IMG/VR virus record: IMGVR_UViG_3300045988_053496
Length of the DNA stretch: 38,933 bases
Reading direction: 5' to 3' (one strand)
Origin: a virus
Below the pieces are notes generated by a model. The model was not told where the DNA came from and made no database searches. It saw only the letters and a program-made list of their open reading frames with translations. This document shows positions 31,180-38,933 of this stretch, in pieces (the stretch's first letter is position 1; every line of letters starts with the position of its first letter). Both the position numbers and the translations under genes were made by a program.

Positions 31180-31545
31180 ATGAAACTTTCGGAGATGAAC
31201 GGCGAAGAGCTGTCTGTCTGCCTCTGCAAAATCGCGGAGCCGATTGAACGGATCGGCTTTGACAAGAAGACGACGGAAACCTTCCAAGAAATCGCCGATT
31301 TGATCAAAAACGGCATGAACAACATCCAGCAGACCTCTATAATGATCGGCAAGTTCGTTCCTCTGCTGCTCGGCGACCACAGAGAGGACACGTTCGCGAT
31401 TCTGGCGGCAATCAACGGCAAAACCGTTGAGGAAATCCGCAGTCAGAATGGCATGCAGACCATCAAGGAACTGAAAAACGCGCTCGCAGACCCCGACCTG
31501 ATGGATTTTTTTACGTCGTCCGTGCGTACGGTCGAAAAGCTGTAA
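31180..31545 (+). CDS. Tail assembly chaperone (gpG analogue)
   Basis: Lies between the major tail and tape-measure genes. Contains a slippery T7 run near its 3' end. Confidence 0.8.
   Translation: MKLSEMNGEELSVCLCKIAEPIERIGFDKKTTETFQEIADLIKNGMNNIQQTSIMIGKFVPLLLGDHREDTFAILAAINGKTVEEIRSQNGMQTIKELKNALADPDLMDFFTSSVRTVEKL
31506..31512 (+). promoter_or_regulatory. Slippery heptamer T_TTT_TTT for a -1 programmed frameshift
   Basis: In the zero frame it reads gaT TTT TTT acg. The -1 frame is open from here to 31805. Confidence 0.75.
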
Positions 31546-31805
31546 CGGCGGCGATTTACAGGCACGGAGCACCGCCGACAATCACGACGCTTTCCGACCT
31601 TTTGGCAGATGACCGTCAAAAGTGGCTGGGAGACGTGTACAGCGCGAAGATGCTTTCCGCCATCTGTCAAGCGATGGGAAGCGAACCCGTGAGCTATGAA
31701 GAGTTTGTCGGGTTGGTGGAACAGGATAACCGAACGGGCCAGGAGATCATTGACGATCTGATCGCCGAGCACGAGAGAAGGAAAAAAGCAAGAGGGGAGG
31801 GGTAA
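31512..31805 (+). CDS. Frameshift extension of the tail chaperone (gpGT analogue; the ORF track sees only 31602-31805 from a TTG)
   Basis: The -1 frame reads continuously from the slippery site: YVVRAYGRKAV...LADDRQKWLGDVYS... Confidence 0.7.
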   Translation, partial: YVVRAYGRKAVTAAIYRHGAPPTITTLSDLLADDRQKWLGDVYSAKMLSAICQAMGSEPVSYEEFVGLVEQDNRTGQEIIDDLIAEHERRKKARGEG

Positions 31806-31808
31806 AGC

Positions 31809-33968
31809 GTGGATTTATTTACGCTTGTAGCCAAGATCGGCCTTGATTCGAAAGAATACGAGCAGGGTATCCTAAAGGCTAAAAACGATGCGCAAACTGC
31901 CGCTCAGAGTATCGGGCGCTCGTCCGAATCCGTAAAGAATGCGGCCAAGGAAGCAGGAGAAGGCATCAAGAACGCGACCAAGGGAACGGAAAGCGCGACG
32001 AAGACGACAACGGAAAGAAATAAGACGTTGTGGGAACGCATGTTTTCCGCAGTCGAAAGCAACGGAAAATCGAAGATGGAGAGCCTGAGCGCGTGGACGC
32101 TTGCGAAGGCCAAACTGCTGGCCGACGGGATTAAAAGCGCGTTTTCTAAGATTTTCGACATCGTGAAAAAGGCGATTGTGTCCTCCGCAGACAAGGAAGC
32201 CCTTGATTCTCTTGCAAGTCAAACGTTTGGTGAGCTGGAATCTGCCGCAAATGGCGCCCTTGACACGATCAGCAAGGACACAAACATTCTGGCTGGAAGA
32301 CTTAAAGGCGTTGGCACGTCCTCCTTCATGCAGTTTAGAAGCGCCGGCGTGGACGCGGCGGAAGCTATATCCATGATGGATAAATATGTCCGCCTCGCCG
32401 CTGACGGTGCAGCCGCGTATAACATCAGCGTTGAAGACGCAGACGTAAGGCTGAGATCGTTTCTGCGCGGAAATGTAGAGGCTGGCGATTCAATCGGTCT
32501 CCAAATCTCCGAATCTACACGCGCATCGAAAGCGCTTGAAGTATACGGGAAGAAATGGTCTGAACTCACAGAGGCGCAGAAACAGAATCTTCTTCTCAAC
32601 GTCGTTGACGAGATGTATACCGCTTCCGGCGTTATCGGGCAGGCGGCAAGAGAAGGCCACGAATGGGAAACCGTGGTCGGCAATCTCAACTCCGCGCTAT
32701 ACGGAATAGACGGAATCATGCCAAAGATTGGCGATAGTTTCAGAACAAATCTGATTCCGGCAATCGAAAAAGCGACGGCTTTTCTCACAGACGAAACAAT
32801 TCAAATGCGCGCCGGTATGCTTGCGGCAAGTCTGGCAGACGCGACGGGCTGGGTCTTTGACGGCGTTATTGATCTGCTGGACAAGATTCTGGCGTGGAGC
32901 AGCGGCAAAGAAAAACCCAGCGACACCGCGCAGGCGCTCTTTGATATTGCCAGCTCGTTTGGAAAAATTGCAAGTTTGACATTTGAGACGGTCGTCGGCT
33001 TTGTGGAACTTCTGTTCAACGGATTAGGCAGCGAGACGATTAAAAACGTTGAGAGCTTCCTTAAAAGTTTCAGCGAATTTGTTGATGACCCGATGTTTCA
33101 AGCGGCGGCGACAACGCTAATGGGCATGGCCGTTGCATGGATGGTGATGCATAACCCGCTCGTTTTGGTTGGATCGGCTATTGGAGTTGTCGTTACGCAT
33201 TGGGAAACACTCGAAAAATTTATTGACAACCCCGCTTTTCAAGTTGTGGCTACGGTTCTTGCTGGAATTGCGTCTGGATTTATCATTCTCAAAGCTCCGC
33301 TCGTTGCCGTTGCTGGAATATTGGCGACGATCATAACGCACTGGGAAGATATCAAGCGATGGGCGGACAAGGCGAAAACAGCGTTTACAAACTTTATTAA
33401 CACGCACGTCCCGGAGGGATTTATGAGCGGCGTGACAGCGGCGCTTGAGACAATCTCCGGGCTTGTCTCTGGTATTCAATCCGCGTGGAATACGTTTATT
33501 GAAAGTCTCAGCACGAAGAACATTCCAAAGGTCTTCGGTTCAATTCAAGAAGGTTGGGAGAGCGGCGGCATTGCTGGCGCGGCCTCTGCCGCGTGGGATT
33601 CCGCATGGTACAATCCCTCAAACTGGGGGAAGAACAAGAATTATGGCGCAGGACGCAGTTTCTCGACTGGCGGCGCGGGGCGCAGCTTTGCGACCGGCCT
33701 TGACTATGTGCCGTATGACAACTTCGTTGCCAAGCTCCACGCCGGAGAAACCGTCCTGAACCGCGCAGACGCGACGGCCTACCGCGCCGGAAACGTCGGC
33801 GGTATCAGCGCGGAAAGCATCAGCCAAGCCGTAGCCGTCGCTGTACGCGAAGCGCTTGACGGCGTGGGCGTGTACATGGGCGCGGATAGAGTGGGCGATC
33901 TTGTGACGCAGCGCGTGAGCCGAAACATTGCCAAGGGCGCAAGAGCTATGAGGTATGCAAACGTATGA
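31809..33968 (+). CDS. Tape measure protein
   Basis: Largest tail gene. Helical N-terminal half, duplicated hydrophobic segments at 33078-33362, Gly-rich C-terminus. GTG start after gaggggagggg. Confidence 0.9.
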   Translation: MDLFTLVAKIGLDSKEYEQGILKAKNDAQTAAQSIGRSSESVKNAAKEAGEGIKNATKGTESATKTTTERNKTLWERMFSAVESNGKSKMESLSAWTLAKAKLLADGIKSAFSKIFDIVKKAIVSSADKEALDSLASQTFGELESAANGALDTISKDTNILAGRLKGVGTSSFMQFRSAGVDAAEAISMMDKYVRLAADGAAAYNISVEDADVRLRSFLRGNVEAGDSIGLQISESTRASKALEVYGKKWSELTEAQKQNLLLNVVDEMYTASGVIGQAAREGHEWETVVGNLNSALYGIDGIMPKIGDSFRTNLIPAIEKATAFLTDETIQMRAGMLAASLADATGWVFDGVIDLLDKILAWSSGKEKPSDTAQALFDIASSFGKIASLTFETVVGFVELLFNGLGSETIKNVESFLKSFSEFVDDPMFQAAATTLMGMAVAWMVMHNPLVLVGSAIGVVVTHWETLEKFIDNPAFQVVATVLAGIASGFIILKAPLVAVAGILATIITHWEDIKRWADKAKTAFTNFINTHVPEGFMSGVTAALETISGLVSGIQSAWNTFIESLSTKNIPKVFGSIQEGWESGGIAGAASAAWDSAWYNPSNWGKNKNYGAGRSFSTGGAGRSFATGLDYVPYDNFVAKLHAGETVLNRADATAYRAGNVGGISAESISQAVAVAVREALDGVGVYMGADRVGDLVTQRVSRNIAKGARAMRYANV

Positions 33969-34735
33969 TGACGAGATACGCCTGCCGGTTGAACGGCATT
34001 GATTTGTCGAGCATCGACCCGGCAATCTATGTGCTTGACGTGAGCACCGTTTCGCCCGTGCGCGATCTTGTGACGACACCGCTTGCAGGGAGAAACGGGC
34101 AGAGAATCACGAAGCGCACGACAAACAGCCTGAGCGTCGAGGTGAAATTTGAAATCCACGAGCAGAACACCGTTCGCCGCGCCCTCATCGCGGAGAAAGT
34201 GACGGAGTGGGCGATTCTCGGCGGCATTCTGACGACGAACGACCGACCTGAAAGGCGGCTGCACGTCATCTGCGAGACGTTGCCGAACTTCTCCGCTCTG
34301 CGCTGGACAAACAGCCTGACGGCGACGTTCACGGCTTTTGAAATCCCCTTTTGGGAGAGCGAATACCCGCGAAACGCGACGGTTGACGGGAACGGCGAAG
34401 CTCAAATGATTGCGCCGGGTTTTGCGGACGATTCACGCGTTTGGGCAAGCGTGACCAACGCCGGAACGGGCGCGATCACGACCGTAGACCTGACAGCCGG
34501 ACAAACCACGCTGCACTTCTCCGGGCTTGCGCTCCCTTCCGGATCGGCGCTGGAAGTCGGAACGGACGAGCACGGCGTTTTTTACGCGCGAATCGGAAAC
34601 GAAAGTGTACTGAGCAAGCGGACGGCAGAATCAAGCGACGAGCTACGGCTTGAAGCCGGGAAGTTTGGCAAGCTGTCTGTCTCCACAGATGGAAAAGCAA
34701 AGACGAGATTCGGCGTGAGGGGGTATTACACATGA
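33965..34735 (+). CDS. Distal tail protein (Dit, siphovirus tail component)
   Basis: Position after the tape measure, ATGA coupling, size. Confidence 0.8.
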   Translation: MMTRYACRLNGIDLSSIDPAIYVLDVSTVSPVRDLVTTPLAGRNGQRITKRTTNSLSVEVKFEIHEQNTVRRALIAEKVTEWAILGGILTTNDRPERRLHVICETLPNFSALRWTNSLTATFTAFEIPFWESEYPRNATVDGNGEAQMIAPGFADDSRVWASVTNAGTGAITTVDLTAGQTTLHFSGLALPSGSALEVGTDEHGVFYARIGNESVLSKRTAESSDELRLEAGKFGKLSVSTDGKAKTRFGVRGYYT

Positions 34736-36507
34736 GCGTAAGGCTTCCGCGTCTGCTTGACGCGCAGCTCCGCGAGGTGTGCCGCCTCCATCCCGTTACG
34801 CTGTCCATCAACGAGCGGCTTGTACCGCCGCATGATGCTTCCATGACGCTTCCTCCGGGCGAGGGAGCGCCTTTCCATGCGTGGGTAGAGCTTTATACCA
34901 TCGACGGCAGCGCGGGCGTCTACCGAGTTTCTGGCGCGTCTGAGTGCTATGTCATCACAGGAGACGTTGACCTAGAGCATAGCGCGGCGATTCTCGGCGA
35001 CGCGATCATTCCCGGCGATGGGAAGTACAGCGGAACATGCGCCGAAGTGCTGACGGCGATGCTGGCAAACCAGACGACGCTCATAAACGGTCAAAAGCCT
35101 TGGGTACTCGGAACGTGTGCGAAAAGCGCGAGCATCGAATATGCGTATGACTGCAACAACATTTTGTCAGCAATGACAGAAGTGGTCGGCGACGAGAAAG
35201 ACGGCTACGCGCTCGAATTTGATGATACGCACGGCTTCCCGTGGCGGGTGAACGTCGTATCGGTCGAAACAACCGCGAGTTGCGAGGGGCGACTAAGCCG
35301 AAACCTCGAAAGCGTCAGCATCTCGATATCCGATGACGATTTCTGCACGCGGATTTACTGCAAAAATCTCCCAGAACCGCACTACATCGACGGTCCGACC
35401 GTCGGCGTGTGGGGAATCATCACGAAGACGATCACCGCCGGAGAGGGCGTGACCGCCGAAAGCCTGCAAAGCTATATCGTGCGATACCTTGAAGACCACA
35501 AAAACCCGCGAATCAGCATTGAGATCAACGGCGTTGATTTGGCGACTGCGACCGGGGAAAGCCTTGATTCCTTCCGAATCGGCCGGCTTTTCCGGCTTGC
35601 GCTCCCTGATTACGGCGTGAAGATGGAAGAGCGAATCCTCGTGCGCAGCATCACCGACGTTTACGGCGACCCGCGCGGCGTAAGTCTGACGCTTGCAAGC
35701 AACATCCGCGACACGGCGGAAGACCTCGTGCGGCTGGACAACACCGTTACAGGCGGATCGTCGCAGAACAGCACCAAAAAGTATATCGGCGGCGGCAAGG
35801 GCACCGGCCTGTCGAAAACGTCCGTGCTCGATATGCTTAAAAAGACGGATTCCTTCACCAGCGCAACGGAGGCTTGGGTTAAAGAGGCTGGCGTGAAGAT
35901 TGAGGCGAATCACGCCGACCTGTACGCGACGAAGAAAGCGATCACGGGAAATTGGGCGGGAGACGTTGAGACGATCAACGCCTTGATTACCGCATCAAGC
36001 GACAACGGCGGTTTGGTTTCAATGCTTGTCGGTCGGCACAACAAGATTGAGGACGTGAACGCCGCCATCACTGCAACCGCCGCTGGGGGTGGTCTGGTTA
36101 CGATAAAGGCAGACAACAAAACCGTTACCGATCTAGGCGAGCGCGTCTCAAGTGCGGAAATCAACATTAGCGCGGCAGAAAGCAAAATCGAGCTGAAAGC
36201 GGACAAGATCGCGCTGGATGGATATGTTACGATGTCCAAATTTAACGCGGAAATTGCGGAGATCAAAATCACCGATAGCTCATACGTGACAACAGCAGCC
36301 CTGAATACTAAATCTTTGAGCGCCAACTATGCGGAGATTAGCAGTATCAATATCGGCGGAAAACAGGCGCGCTGGGAAAGCGTGACGGTCGTGACCGGCG
36401 TGACCAGAAAAAAACGGTATGCAATGGCTCCGTCGGGCACAACAAGCATGGAGTTTTACGAGTGCGCCAGCGTAAGCACTGACACATTCACACTTTTGAT
36501 GGCATAG
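34732..36507 (+). CDS. Tail-associated protein (Tal / prophage-tail endopeptidase-like N-terminal domain)
   Basis: Position after Dit, size, C-terminal coiled-coil region. Confidence 0.75.
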   Translation: MSVRLPRLLDAQLREVCRLHPVTLSINERLVPPHDASMTLPPGEGAPFHAWVELYTIDGSAGVYRVSGASECYVITGDVDLEHSAAILGDAIIPGDGKYSGTCAEVLTAMLANQTTLINGQKPWVLGTCAKSASIEYAYDCNNILSAMTEVVGDEKDGYALEFDDTHGFPWRVNVVSVETTASCEGRLSRNLESVSISISDDDFCTRIYCKNLPEPHYIDGPTVGVWGIITKTITAGEGVTAESLQSYIVRYLEDHKNPRISIEINGVDLATATGESLDSFRIGRLFRLALPDYGVKMEERILVRSITDVYGDPRGVSLTLASNIRDTAEDLVRLDNTVTGGSSQNSTKKYIGGGKGTGLSKTSVLDMLKKTDSFTSATEAWVKEAGVKIEANHADLYATKKAITGNWAGDVETINALITASSDNGGLVSMLVGRHNKIEDVNAAITATAAGGGLVTIKADNKTVTDLGERVSSAEINISAAESKIELKADKIALDGYVTMSKFNAEIAEIKITDSSYVTTAALNTKSLSANYAEISSINIGGKQARWESVTVVTGVTRKKRYAMAPSGTTSMEFYECASVSTDTFTLLMA

Positions 36508-36515
36508 GAGGAAAC

Positions 36516-36701
36516 ATGAAAATCAACGTACTTCTTCGCAACGTGAACGCAGCGCTTGCCCGTGTCCATGTGCTTGGTGCTGACGCTGAATTGCTTGCGG
36601 GCGCGATGCGCTCAATCAATGATTGCGTTGACGCGATTGAAAAGGCTCAGAAGGAGGAAATCGAAAATGAAAATCACGACGAGCAAGGGCAAGACGCTTG
36701 A
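36516..36701 (+). CDS. Hypothetical small protein
   Basis: RBS ggagga. No motif recognised. Confidence 0.5.
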   Translation: MKINVLLRNVNAALARVHVLGADAELLAGAMRSINDCVDAIEKAQKEEIENENHDEQGQDA

Positions 36702-36930
36702 TGTAAACTGGGCGTTCGGCCCGACTGACGAATCTGGAAGTCTGATGATCGAACTCGCCGATAATCGTCTCCTGTCGGAAATCGCCGCTGACTTCGAGGG
36801 CAACGGCAAAATCGAAAAGACGGACGAGACGAAACCCGGCGTGACCGAAGTCTACGAAGGATTTACCGAACTTGCAGCCATCCAGCGCAACAAAAACGGC
36901 AGCGTGTTTGTGAAGTTGGCAAAGGAGTGA
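36667..36930 (+). CDS. Hypothetical small protein
   Basis: ATG at 36667 after aaggagga. The upstream part of ORF 36556 is judged non-coding. Confidence 0.55.
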   Translation: MKITTSKGKTLDVNWAFGPTDESGSLMIELADNRLLSEIAADFEGNGKIEKTDETKPGVTEVYEGFTELAAIQRNKNGSVFVKLAKE

Positions 36931-36936
36931 TGACCT

Positions 36937-38295
36937 TTGAATCTCGGCGTATTCAAGCGCAGAATTGACGTTGACGCTGAAATCCAGATGACCCCGCTAA
37001 AGTCGCTGTATGCGTCAGGAGACAAGAACGCGCATATCTTCGAGCTTTCTCTCTATCGAGGTGCCGAAGAAATAGACTTGAGCGGCGCAAGCGCTCAGGG
37101 CTATTTTATCCGCGCGGACGGGTATACCGTTCCCATCACGGGAGCGATCAGCGGCAATATCGTGACCTTCACGCTTTCGGAGGGCTGCTATTACGTCGTC
37201 GGAAACTTTAACCTTATCATTAAGGTTTCCATCGCTGAAAGCCGCAAGTCGGTATTTTGGGGAAATGGCTATGTCGTGCGCAGCATGACAGACGCGATTG
37301 TCGATGAGGAAAACGTTATCCCATCGCTTGATGAGCTTCTGGCACAGATTTCCGCCGCAGAATCGGCGGCGAAGGCCGCGAATCAAGCTGCATCGGCGGC
37401 AAACTCCGCAGCAACCAGCGCAAGGCAAGCAGCAAGCGCGGCCAACACGAACGCATCATCGGCCAACAGCGCGGCAAATGCGGCAAAAGCCGCGGCTACT
37501 ACTGCCACGGAAGCGGCCACCAAGATCAACGACATGACCATCACGGCGACCGGCCTTGCGGCGGGCGCTGCACCGACGGCAGAGTTGACCGAGGTCGACG
37601 GACACTACAATATCGTGCTTGGCCTGCCGAAAGGCGATAAAGGCGATCCGGGCGCAACCCCTCAGATCACGGTGCAAGTCAAGACCGGCGAGCCGGGCAC
37701 GGCGGCGAGCGTCAAGCAGACCGGCACGGCGGAAGCGCCGGTGATCGAGCTGACGATCCCGCGCGGCGACACGGGGAACATTGGGAGCCTGACGATCAAC
37801 GGCAAGACCCCGGACAGCGCGGGAAAAGTCGAGCTGACAGCGGCGGACGTTGGGGCGCGTGCTGACGACTGGATGCCGACCGCGGCGGACGTTGGGGCGC
37901 TCTCCGGCACGGACGCGACGCTGACGCAAGCGGGAGAGGCTGCGGACGCGCAAAAGGTCGGAGAAGCGCTTAATGCTAAAGTTGATCAATCTGATGCGCT
38001 CACGCTCGAGGAAATCCTTGCAAGCACCGATCTGACGAATAAAGTAGCTGGTGCGGCAGCTGTCAAAACAATCAAGAACGACATTACATCATTGAAGCAA
38101 GGCGGTTTCTACACAGAGAAAAATAAAGGCAATACAGTGCCCGCTGACTATGGTGGGTTTATCCGTATTACCGGAAGCAGTTGGCTGGGAAGTTTTGTCA
38201 GCGATACTTACTATTTGGGCGTTGCCTCTGATGGAACAGCATATTCGGGCACGCAAATAAATGGCAATAAACAAGTCGCTTGGAAGGCTCTATAA
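36937..38295 (+). CDS. Tail fibre / receptor-binding protein (BppU-like N-terminus, Ala-rich coiled coil, short collagen-like stretch, C-terminal head)
   Basis: N-terminal IDVDAEIQ...GDKNAHIFELSLYRGAEEIDLSGASAQGYF is BppU-like. Also contains GDKGDPG and two TAADVGA repeats. TTG start after aaaggag. Confidence 0.75.
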   Translation: MNLGVFKRRIDVDAEIQMTPLKSLYASGDKNAHIFELSLYRGAEEIDLSGASAQGYFIRADGYTVPITGAISGNIVTFTLSEGCYYVVGNFNLIIKVSIAESRKSVFWGNGYVVRSMTDAIVDEENVIPSLDELLAQISAAESAAKAANQAASAANSAATSARQAASAANTNASSANSAANAAKAAATTATEAATKINDMTITATGLAAGAAPTAELTEVDGHYNIVLGLPKGDKGDPGATPQITVQVKTGEPGTAASVKQTGTAEAPVIELTIPRGDTGNIGSLTINGKTPDSAGKVELTAADVGARADDWMPTAADVGALSGTDATLTQAGEAADAQKVGEALNAKVDQSDALTLEEILASTDLTNKVAGAAAVKTIKNDITSLKQGGFYTEKNKGNTVPADYGGFIRITGSSWLGSFVSDTYYLGVASDGTAYSGTQINGNKQVAWKAL

Positions 38296-38307
38296 GTGGG
38301 GTAATGT

Positions 38308-38661
38308 ATGATTAAAATAAAATCTAATGGCGCAGATGAATTCCTGGAAGCAGGTTTCACGCGCATTAACGATCATGTTATTGAGCTTGACGGTATTGCC
38401 AACGCGCCAACGACAGGGTTTACAACTTGGCGCATGGATGGTGTGACCCAGCTCGGCAATTTCAGCGGCTACACAACTATTTACCGCGTGCTCGATAATG
38501 CGGTGCAGCTCTCCGACGATGGCAGCGTGTACGTCGAACCGGAAGTGCCGGAACCGGGAGAGCCGCAACCGACGCAAGAGGAGCGCATTAAGGCGCTCGA
38601 AGACCAGAACGAAACCCTACTGCAATGCATCCTCGAGATGAGCGAGATTGTATATGCTTAA
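38308..38661 (+). CDS. Hypothetical protein between fibre and lysis genes
   Basis: ORF with a C-terminal helix, ERIKALEDQNETLLQCILEMSEIVYA. Confidence 0.55.
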   Translation: MIKIKSNGADEFLEAGFTRINDHVIELDGIANAPTTGFTTWRMDGVTQLGNFSGYTTIYRVLDNAVQLSDDGSVYVEPEVPEPGEPQPTQEERIKALEDQNETLLQCILEMSEIVYA

Positions 38662-38701
38662 AATTTTTGGATTGCTCGTGATGAGCGGAAAGGAAGAAGA
38701 T

Positions 38702-38833
38702 ATGATGGCTATGATTTGGGCACAGCAGATTATGCTTGGGAAGAAGACTTTTGCGCAGGTGCCGCGACTGCTCAAGGAGAAGGTCAGGGAAGTCCTGATC
38801 GACAGCGGATGTGAAGACCTCGTGACGGAGTGA
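38702..38833 (+). CDS. Small protein upstream of the endolysin (43 aa)
   Basis: ATG at 38702 after aaaggaag. The motif GKKTFAQVPRLLKEKVREVL is recalled from small pre-lysis genes of Firmicutes phages. Confidence 0.45.
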   Translation: MMAMIWAQQIMLGKKTFAQVPRLLKEKVREVLIDSGCEDLVTE

Positions 38834-38848
38834 CGCAAGGGGGGTGAA

Positions 38849-38933
38849 CCCGATGATTCAGGCAGAAGAAGCCATCCGCGTGGCGCGGGGGCTGATCGGG
38901 ACGGCGTACAGCGAGCTGGACTGCATCAACCTC
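38849..38933. repeat. Right copy of the 85-nt terminal direct repeat (holds the duplicated 5' end of the endolysin gene, ATG at 38853)
   Basis: Exact match to 1-85. An RBS, aagggggg, lies upstream at about 38837-38844. Confidence 0.95.

Larger units (their letters stand above)
1..38848 (+). mobile_element. Complete temperate siphovirus-type phage genome, one unit length (circular or circularly permuted assembly)
   Basis: Full set of lysis, attP/integrase, immunity, replication, packaging, head and tail genes. The window ends repeat its start. Confidence 0.85.

Noticed and set aside
33078-33362. Internal duplication in the tape measure protein treated as a separate feature
   Set aside because: The two roughly 47-aa hydrophobic units (FVDDPMFQAAATTL...THWETLEK and FIDNPAFQVVATVL...THWEDIKR) are an ordinary intragenic repeat of tape measure proteins. 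They are noted in the feature evidence only.
1-38933. Search for a reverse transcriptase (DGR or retron), cas genes, toxin-antitoxin pairs or known defence-system hallmarks
   Set aside because: No RT motifs (YxDD), Cas-like proteins, or recognisable toxin or NTPase/nuclease defence signatures were seen in any listed ORF. The acidic 117-aa protein upstream of the XRE gene does not resemble HigB/RelE-type toxins.

Overview
The window is one complete temperate siphovirus-type phage genome of about 38.85 kb. The first 85 nt (1-85) recur exactly at 38849-38933, so the sequence closes on itself inside the endolysin gene. Almost all genes are on the + strand. Reading from position 1, the order is as follows. 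(1) Lysis cassette: NlpC/P60+SH3 endolysin, a membrane protein and a phiLC3-type holin. (2) A roughly 5 kb accessory block of unknown-function genes, split into terminator-bounded units. (3) attP, which has a tRNA 3'-end-like core flanked by CGTGTGAA(A/T)T arm repeats. (4) The lysogeny module on the minus strand: tyrosine integrase, two moron-like envelope proteins and a CI-like repressor. (5) A divergent operator/promoter region followed by a Cro-like gene. (6) Recombination and replication genes: YqaJ exonuclease, RecT, DnaD-like initiator, DnaB helicase, VRR-NUC nuclease and SSB. (7) A DNA-modification and anti-restriction set: phage Dam-like MTase, MazG, PAPS-reductase-like protein, a Lar-like protein and a ParB-domain MTase. 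(8) A late regulator. (9) Packaging, head and tail genes: TerS/TerL, portal, an inserted D12-class MTase, the head and tail modules, and a fibre. The most unusual item is a roughly 510 nt ORF-free, highly structured region between recT and the replication initiator (12941-13450). It is bracketed by two tRNA-like modules and is a candidate large phage ncRNA. Other notable points are these. A 9-bp tandem repeat array lies in frame inside the head-module MTase. The ParB-MTase is split exactly at a G6 tract. A small Cys-rich ORF carries an in-frame TGA. A small ORF convergent with the repressor copies the repressor's C-terminal motif. The tail chaperone gene has a canonical T7 slippery site for a -1 frameshift. 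All functional calls rest on motif recognition by eye. No database search or RNA folding was run.
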